Shown: positions 33,361 to 41,151 of the stretch, one piece after another
How positions within the stretch are numbered: the stretch's first letter is position 1
Layout of the letters: each line of letters starts with the position of its first letter
Assembly: GCF_001194135.2 (NCBI RefSeq)
Contig: NC_069008.1
Span: forward strand, 2,765,959-2,807,109
DNA from: Octopus bimaculoides
Taxonomy: Eukaryota
Direction: 5' to 3'
DNA length: 41,151 nucleotides
Position numbers and translations under genes: made by a program
The notes under the pieces: model-generated
What the model saw: the letters and a program-made list of their open reading frames with translations, nothing else
The model's database searches: none
Told to the model about the DNA's origin: nothing

Positions 33361-34799
33361 GACCTAAATCCAAGGCCTTTGCCAGGGGTGTAGCCAGCCC
33401 ACTTATGCGTATTAGACACTAAACTTCACTTGCGAAGACCTGTTGAGGCAAGGGAAATCGAAATCGAACTAAATTCGACAACTGGCACACATGCCAATGT
33501 CGTCTTCTTCATTGGACACGAAACTCGGCTTGCGAAGACCTGTTGAGGCAGGTGAAGTCGAAATCGTAATGGCATCTGTGCCCAGCGTCGCCTTCCTGGC
33601 ACTTGTGCCAGTGGCACATGTAAAGACATTCAAGCGAGATCATTGCCAGTGCTGCTGGATTGGCTCCTGTGCATGTGGCACGTAAAATACAACATTTTGA
33701 GCATAGCCGTTGCCAGTACCGTCTGACTGGCCTTCGTGCCGGTGGCACGTAAAAGCACCCACTACACTNNNNNNNNNNNNNNNNNNNNNNNNNNNNNNNN
33801 NNNNNNNNNNNNNNNNNNNNNNNNNNNNNNNNNNNNNNNNNNNNNNNNNNNNNNNNNNNNNNNNNNNNNNNNNNNNNNNNNNNNNNNNNNNNNNNNNNNN
33901 NNNNNNNNNNNNNNNNNNNNNNNNNNNNNNNNNNNNNNNNNNNNNNNNNNNNNNNNNNNNNNNNNNNNNNNNNNNNNNNNNNNNNNNNNNNNNNNNNNNN
34001 NNNNNNNNNNNNNNNNNNNNNNNNNNNNNNNNNNNNNNNNNNNNNNNNNNNNNNNNNNNNNNNNNNNNNNNNNNNNNNNNNNNNNNNNNNNNNNNNNNNN
34101 NNNNNNNNNNNNNNNNNNNNNNNNNNNNNNNNNNNNNNNNNNNNNNNNNNNNNNNNNNNNNNNNNNNNNNNNNNNNNNNNNNNNNNNNNNNNNNNNNNNN
34201 NNNNNNNNNNNNNNNNNNNNNNNNNNNNNNNNNNNNNNNNNNNNNNNNNNNNNNNNNNNNNNNNNNNNNNNNNNNNNNNNNNNNNNNNNNNNNNNNNNNN
34301 NNNNNNNNNNNNNNNNNNNNNNNNNNTTAGTACTTAATCTATCGGTCTCTTTTTGCCGAACCGCTAAGTTACGGGGACGTAAACACACCAGCATCGGTTG
34401 TCAAGCGATGTTGGGGAGACAAACACAGACACACACATATATATATATACATATACATATATACGACGTGTTTCTTTCAGTTTCCATCTACCAAATCCAC
34501 TCACAAGGCTTTGGTCAGCCCGAAGCTATAGTAGAAGACCCTTACCCAAGGTGCCACGCAGTGGGACTGAACCCGGAACCATGTGGTTCGTAAGCAAGCT
34601 ACTTACCACACAGCCACTCCTACGCCTGGACAGCTTTGAGTAAAAACAGTGCATGTATGTATGCATACATATCCATGTTGCTGTAAGTATGCACATAGCT
34701 GTGTATCATGTGCATTGCTCAATGTGTGGAGACAAGGAATGGGGTTAATGAGCTGAGAGAAATTTAGCTAATTGTTGCTTTAATTATGCAAATTACTGG

Positions 34800-36271
34800 A
34801 CAGTGAAAACTGTAGTGAAGAAGTGGCTCAAAGAACAGTCAACAGAATTTTACGGGGACAGGGATACATGCTCTCATTCTAAGGTGGAACATTGCTATTG
34901 AGAGAAACGGTGACTATGTTGAGAAGTAGGGATGTGATCCACAGAGGACCAGCTTCATTTTGATGTATGATACATGTTCCTATGTTGGTAATTATACCTG
35001 TCCTAAACAAAATGGCATTACCNNNNNNNNNNNNNNNNNNNNNNNNNNNNNNNNNNNNNNNNNNNNNNNNNNNNNNNNNNNNNNNNNNNNNNNNNNNNNN
35101 NNNNNNNNNNNNNNNNNNNNNNNNNNNNNNNNNNNNNNNNNNNNNNNNNNNNNNNNNNNNNNNNNNNNNNNNNNNNNNNNNNNNNNNNNNNNNNNNNNNN
35201 NNNNNNNNNNNNNNNNNNNNNNNNNNNNNNNNNNNNNNNNNNNNNNNNNNNNNNNNNNNNNNNNNNNNNNNNNNNNNNNNNNNNNNNNNNNNNNNNNNNN
35301 NNNNNNNNNNNNNNNNNNNNNNNNNNNNNNNNNNNNNNNNNNNNNNNNNNNNNNNNNNNNNNNNNNNNNNNNNNNNNNNNNNNNNNNNNNNNNNNNNNNN
35401 NNNNNNNNNNNNNNNNNNNNNNNNNNNNNNNNNNNNNNNNNNNNNNNNNNNNNNNNNNNNNNNNNNNNNNNNNNNNNNNNNNNNNNNNNNNNNNNNNNNN
35501 NNNNNNNNNNNNNNNNNNNNNNNNNNNNNNNNNNNNNNNNNNNNNNNNNNNNNNNNNNNNNNNNNNNNNNNNNNNNNNNNNNNNNNNNNNNNNNNNNNNN
35601 NNNNNNNNNNNNNNNNNNNNNNNNNNNNNNNNNNNNNNNNNNNNNNNNNNNNNNNNNNNNNNNNNNNNNNNNNNNNNNNNNNNNNNNNNNNNNNNNNNNN
35701 NNNNNNNNNNNNNNNNNNNNNNNNNNNNNNNNNNNNNNNNNNNNNNNNNNNNNNNNNNNNNNNNNNNNNNNNNNNNNNNNNNNNNNNNNNNNNNNNNNNN
35801 NNNNNNNNNNNNNNNNNNNNNNNNNNNNNNNNNNNNNNNNNNNNNNNNNNNNNNNNNNNNNNNNNCAGTGAAAACTGTAGTGAAGAAGTGGCTCAAAGAA
35901 CAGTCAACAGAATTTTACGGGGACAGGGATACATGCTCTCATTCTAAGGTGGAACATTGCTATTGAGAGAAACGGTGACTATGTTGAGAAGTAGGGATGT
36001 GATCCACAGAGGACCAGCTTCATTTTGATGTATGATACATGTTCCTGTGTTGGTAATTATCTCAAATAAGTCAAGGGAATTTTGCGGGGGCAGGGATACA
36101 TGCTCTCATTCGAAGGTGGAACATTGCTATTGAGAGACACGGTGGCTATGTTGAGAAGTAGGGATGTGATCCACAGAGGACCAGCTTCATTTTGATGTAT
36201 GATACATGTTCCTATGTTGGTAATTATACCTGTCCTAAACAAAATGGCATTACCTTTTGACTCAGCCTCGT
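34800..36271 (+). mobile_element. Mariner transposon 3' end, present three times (34801-35022, 35866-36058, 36075-36271), ending in a TIR
   Basis: VKTVVKKWLKEQSTEFY..GIHALI.RWNIAIERNGDYVEK* is a mariner C-terminus; terminal TTTTGACTCAGCCTCGT. Confidence 0.85.
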
Positions 36272-36422
36272 CTGTATCCAAAGCTGTGTATGTGTTAGTT
36301 TAATGGCATGTGGATTTGTGTGTGCATTGGTTTAATAGCCACTGTATCAATATGTGTATTAGTTTAATGGTATGCCTGTTAGTGTGCAAATGTGTGTGTA
36401 GGTGTATAAGAATGATACTTAC

Positions 36423-36554
36423 TCTGGAAAACTTCACATCGTTGAGTAGAACTAAGGTGTTCACCTTGTAGTCGTAAACAAGACGCCAAATGTCACGTAT
36501 GGTGCTCCTCATTGGCCACTGTGTTACGATGTAATTGTTTCGGTTCCAATAACC
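36423..36554 (-). CDS. Receptor-type PTP, D2 exon (132 bp, phase 0/0)
   Basis: ccccag|GGT...AGA|gtaagt; GYWNRNNYIVTQWPMRSTIRDIWRLVYDYKVNTLVLLNDVKFSR matches GY....I.TQ.P...T..DFW..V......IV.L. Confidence 0.93.
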
Positions 36555-36954
36555 CTGGGGACACAGAACAACAGAATGGAATTACAAAACAATAGAGACT
36601 AATGAAATAGCATGCCAAGTGGCTCTGGTCATTCGGCTGTTCCGATAACTCTGGTTATTAAGAATGTAGGAAATTGGTTATACACCATTAGGTGTATACC
36701 CACTTCCGTACATTAAATTCGGAATAAACGTAACGCAGACCTCTGAACTATCAACACAACAATATTTATTTATGGAGGAAAATAGGCATGGTTGCTGAGA
36801 CGCCGGAATGTTGGTGTGAGAAATTCCCCAGAGTTGGAATGTTGGAGAGACAGCTTGACATGACCACGCTCATGGCCGCCCGGCCGGGAAAAGAGAAAGA
36901 ATCAGGGTGCCAAACTTGGATATTGATGACTACGCATGCGCATGAGACAAGGCG

Positions 36955-37320
36955 TTACTACAAGAATAACAGAATGGAACTACAAAATGATGAGGAGTGT
37001 AATAAAACCACCAGCTAAGTTCTAGTTATTCTTCCATTCCAAGAATCTTAGTGGCAGAGAATAACAATGAAATACCAGAACGAGGAAGAATAGTAAAACA
37101 GCTGGCTAAATTCTTCTTGTCATTCTTCTATTCAAATAATCTTGGTTACTGAGAATAAAAGAATGTAATTACAGAACAATGTAGAATAACAAAACAGCTG
37201 GCAATGTTTTTCTAGTTATTCTTCTATTCCAATAATCCTGATGGCAGAGAATAACAGAATGGAATTACAAAATGATGAGGAAATAATAAAATAGTTGGTC
37301 AAGTTCTTCTTCTCATTCCT
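36955..37320. repeat. Degenerate ~80-90-bp tandem repeat
   Basis: Recurring GAGAATAACAGAATGGAATTACA..AACAGCTGG..TTCTAGTTATTCTTCTATTCCAA blocks. Confidence 0.65.
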
Positions 37321-37628
37321 CTTCTCCAGTGGTTCTCAGCCGAGATCCATATAAGATTTGGGGGGGGGGGACACACAAACAAAATAGAAAATTAGAGATC
37401 CACAATAATATTTTTAGTAGAAGACACTTGCCCAAGGTGCCACGCAGTGGGACTGAACCCAGAACCATGTGGTTGGTAAGCAAGCTACTTACCACACAGT
37501 CACTCCTGCACCTATAATACTATCATAATACTGTTCTACAGGCATACCAACAATCCAACATACCTCCATCATCAGCTGCCCCACATATATCATTATGGTT
37601 TCGACACCTGGATAGTACCATTCAATCC

Positions 37629-37662
<34 letters not shown>

Positions 37663-37751
37663 TGATAGAAATGGTAAGACAACAAAAGAATGAAAGCGAC
37701 CTCGATATTATGTAAATAATTGTCACATATTATATTTACAGATATATACAG

Positions 37752-37791
<40 letters not shown>

Positions 37792-38759
37792 NNNNNNNNN
37801 NNNNNNNNNNNNNNNNNNNNNNNNNNNNNNNNNNNNNNNNNNNNNNNNNNNNNNNNNNNNNNNNNNNNNNNNNNNNNNNNNNNNNNNNNNNNNNNNNNNN
37901 NNNNNNNNNNNNNNNNNNNNNNNNNNNNNNNNNNNNNNNNNNNNNNNNNNNNNNNNNNNNNNNNNNNNNNNNNNNNNNNNNNNNNNNNNNNNNNNNNNNN
38001 NNNNNNNNNNNNNNNNNNNNNNNNNNNNNNNNNNNNNNNNNNNNNNNNNNNNNNNNNNNNNNNNNNNNNNNNNNNNNNNNNNNNNNNNNNNNNNNNNNNN
38101 NNNNNNNNNNNNNNNNNNNNNNNNNNNNNNNNNNNNNNNNNNNNNNNNNNNNNNNNNNNNNNNNNNNNNNNNNNNNNNNNNNNNNNNNNNNNNNNNNNNN
38201 NNNNNNNNNNNNNNNNNNNNNNNNNNNNNNNNNNNNNNNNNNNNNNNNNNNNNNNNNNNNNNNNNNNNNNNNNNNNNNNNNNNNNNNNNNNNNNNNNNNN
38301 NNNNNNNNNNNNNNNNNNNNNNNNNNNNNNNNNNNNNNNNNNNNNNNNNNNNNNNNNNNNNNNNNNNNNNNNNNNNNNNNNNNNNNNNNNNNNNNNNNNN
38401 NNNNNNNNNNNNNNNNNNNNNNNNNNNNNNNNNNNNNNNNNNNNNNNNNNNNNNNNNNNNNNNNNNNNNNNNNNNNNNNNNNNNNNNNNNNNNNNNNNNN
38501 NNNNNNNNNNNNNNNNNNNNNNNNNNNNNNNNNNNNNNNNNNNNNNNNNNNNNNNNNNNNNNNNNNNNNNNNNNNNNNNNNNNNNNNNNNNNNNNNNNNN
38601 NNNNNNNNNNNNNNNNNNNNNNNNNNNNNNNNNNNNNNNNNNNNNNNNNNNNNNNNNNNNNNNNNNNNNNNNNNNNNNNNNNNNNNNNNNNNNNNNNNNN
38701 NNNNNNNNNNNNNNNNNNNNNNNNNNNNNNNNNNNNNNNNNNNNNNNNNNNNNNNNNNN

Positions 38760-38796
<37 letters not shown>

Positions 38797-38826
38797 ACAT
38801 GCATGTTTGGTTTTCTCAATACTTAC

Positions 38827-38903
38827 ATCTACGTAGACACCATTAATAAAGTCGCTGTCATCACTTTTGTCATTGCTCAGCAAATATGGACGGGCTCTTT
38901 CGG
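38827..38903 (-). CDS. Receptor-type PTP, D2 exon (77 bp, phase 1/0)
   Basis: ttccacag|CC GAA...GAT|gtaagt; ERARPYLLSNDKSDDSDFINGVYVD matches the R..L......DYINA..VD motif. Confidence 0.93.
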
Positions 38904-39000
38904 CTGTGGAATAAAAGAGAGGAAGAGTTAGAAGGGTAGCCTTCAGCATCATGTGTATGTGTATATGCATGTGAATGTGTGTCTGAGCATGTGTGCATGC

Positions 39001-39036
<36 letters not shown>

Positions 39037-39891
39037 TCATCATCGTTTAACGTCCGTTGTCCACGCTGGTATGGGTTGGACGGTTTGACCAGGGCTGGCC
39101 AGCTGCAAGGCTGCCTCAGACTCCAGTCTGTTTATATATAAACATGCATGTGTTTTGGCATCTTTGTCTGTCCCCACCACCACCACCACCACCACCACCA
39201 CCATCTGACAACCAGTGTTGGTGTGTTTACATCCCCATAATTTAGTAGCTTGGCAAAAGAAGCAGATGGAATAAGTACAAGGCTGTAAGAAAAGAAAAAA
39301 AAGAAAGCAGTGAGGTTGATTTCTTCAACTAAAATTCTTGAGCATGGGGCACAGTCTGATTAATGGAAGGAAGGAAGGAAGGAAGGGGGGAGGGAGGGAG
39401 GAAGAAAGAAAGGCACACATGCATTCACAGTCATATATAAGGGCAGTAGAGTGTGATTTGAGGGAGATTTGACAGCTAGAAGCCTCCCTCATTGGCTCAT
39501 CCATACATAAGGCAATAGGGTGAAATTTGAGGAAAATTTGGCTGCTGTGTCTTTGAAGTTTAACCAATATGTAGAGGTTTCACTTGTTGGCTCATACATA
39601 AGGCAGGAGAGTTATGATTCGAGAGAGATTTGGCTGCTGTTTCTACTCTAGAGGTCTCCTTCATTGATTCATACACACATGAAACAATACTCTTTTACTT
39701 GTTTCAGCCATTTGACTGTGGCCATGCTGGGGCACCGCCTTTTAGCCGAGCAAATCGACGCCAGGACTTATTCTTTGTAAGCCTAGTACTTATGCTATCG
39801 GTCTCTTTTTGCCAAACCGCTAAGTTACATGGACGTAAACACACCACCATCGGTAGTCAAGCGATGTTGGGGGTCAAACACACAAACATAT

Positions 39892-39936
<45 letters not shown>

Positions 39937-40282
39937 TACAACAAGCTTCTTTCAGTTTCCGTCAACCAAATCCACTCACAAGACTTTGGTCAGCCCGAGG
40001 CTATAGTAGAAGGCACCTGCCCAAGGTGCCACGCAGTGGGACTGAACCCGGAACCATGTGGTTGGTAAGCAAGCTACTTACCACACAGCCACTCGGAGAG
40101 CAGGCTGCCGTTGCTACAATCATTTCTAGCCACTGTCTAGAGATCTCCATTACTGGCTGACACATACATATGTACTAGATAAGAGAGCAAGGTGTGATGT
40201 GAGGGAGGTTTGGCTGCTGTTTCTAGAGAATCTAGTATCCACATAGAGACTCCTTCTTTTGACCTCTTGGTGGGTAGTTAGT

Positions 40283-40442
40283 TGTAGTGCAGTGGGAGTG
40301 TAGTGTTATACTGAAGTGCTATGAGCTGCAGGGCGGATGGGGGGGTCTAGTGGTGACGTAGAAGTGCAGTGGGAGTGTAGTGTTATACTGAAGTGCTACG
40401 AGGTGCAGGGGGGATGGGGGTCTAGTGGTGACGTAGAAGTGC
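40283..40442. repeat. Two-copy tandem duplication of about 80 bp
   Basis: GTGCAGTGGGAGTGTAGTGTTATACTGAAGTGCTA..GATGGGGG..TCTAGTGGTGACGTAGAAGTGCA occurs twice. Confidence 0.8.
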
Positions 40443-40475
40443 ATGGACGAAATTGTGGAGTGGTGTTCTACTCAC

Positions 40476-40575
40476 GTGGTTGCAACATTATATCCCGGCT
40501 TTTGCTTCTGTTTTCCTGTCTATGGCCCCCAGCACAGTCCCCAATTGACAATTTTGGCACAACTTGGTTCAAAAC
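40476..40575 (-). CDS. Receptor-type PTP, first D2 exon in the window (100 bp, phase 0/1)
   Basis: ttcttttctctacag|GTT...CCA C|gtgagt; VLNQVVPKLSIGDCAGGHRQENRSKSRDIMLQP is equivalent to the N..KNR...LP motif and joins in phase to the 77-bp exon. Confidence 0.9.
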
Positions 40576-40650
40576 CTGTAGAGAAAAGAACAAGGATTAC
40601 ATGAATGAAATATTCAAACAAGGACACACAGACACACATATAAAAGTACA

Positions 40651-41151
40651 TACGAAGTCTGATCAATAAGTATCCGGACTGTTGTCATAGTAACAAAGCT
40701 AAAGCACGCAGAGTGAAGCTGCTTGGCAAAGATTGACCTTAAACTCAGCTGTGCATAAACACTAAGTTTTAACGTTCTAGTTCACTTCCACCGTTTACAG
40801 CAGTACTTGGAAGGAAGGTGTGTAGTGTGTTATTTCTTTACTACCCACAAGGGGCTACACACAGAGGGGACAAACAAGGACAAACAAACGGATTAAGTCG
40901 ATTATATCGACCCCAGTGCGTAACTGGTACTTATTTAATCGACCCCGAAAGGATGAAAGGCAAAGTTGACCTCGGCGGAATTTGAACTCAGAACGTAGCG
41001 GCAGACGAAATACTGCTAAGCATTTCGCCCGCCGTGCTAACGTTTCTGCCAGCTCGCTGCCACACTACACCGGTGTGTAGTGTGTGATCGTCGCATTGAC
41101 CATGGCCAGAGAAAGCTGTCATGGTGATACCTGGTCTTTTTTGTGAGACCA
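40651..41151 (+). mobile_element. Mariner element 5' end, interrupted by a SINE
   Basis: Begins TACGAAGTCTGATCAATAAGTATCCGGAC, a mariner-type TIR starting at TA. Confidence 0.6.
40831..41071 (-). mobile_element. tRNA-derived SINE with a 14-bp target-site duplication
   Basis: Flanked by GGTGTGTAGTGTGT at 40817-40830 and 41072-41085; minus-strand B box GAGTTCAAATTCC. Confidence 0.88.

Noticed and set aside
32745-36058. Direct duplications flanking gaps (32745-32836 vs 33131-33220; 34801-35022 vs 35866-36058; also 30517-30556 vs 30567-30606)
   Set aside because: Near-identical sequence on both sides of N runs is most simply explained by unmerged contig overlaps.
850-38970. Long ORFs in the track dominated by X or by YIYI/HTHT/CVCV/poly-L/poly-Y runs
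   Set aside because: They are artefacts of N gaps and microsatellites; no domain content.

Overview
AT-rich, microsatellite- and gap-ridden animal scaffold; the SINE, Penelope, RLE-LINE and mariner repeat landscape suggests a coleoid cephalopod, probably Octopus (inference). It holds two intron-containing genes head-to-tail on the minus strand. (1) The 3' part of a receptor-type protein tyrosine phosphatase: five recognisable exons of a catalytically dead D2 domain (40575 to <25919), a long low-complexity tail and a candidate 15-nt microexon. (2) The main result: a Selenoprotein P (SELENOP) gene that the ORF track fragments because it is full of in-frame TGA codons. Three visible coding exons (>24346-24095, 23676-23476, 22672-20046) join through canonical GT-AG sites into a frame of about 1,025 codons, which is interrupted once by a 10-N gap. 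It contains 42 in-frame TGA and no TAA/TAG until the terminal TAG. It has a signal peptide, a thioredoxin-like domain with a U-x-x-U motif instead of U-x-x-C, a His-rich segment, a duplicated CxC-x14-(U/C)xC module and a Sec-dense C-terminus built partly from a 75-bp tandem repeat (4 Sec per unit). A canonical type-2 SECIS lies at 18729-18815 in the 3' UTR. The rest is transposon debris, satellites and assembly gaps. All translations and counts were done by hand; no searches were run.
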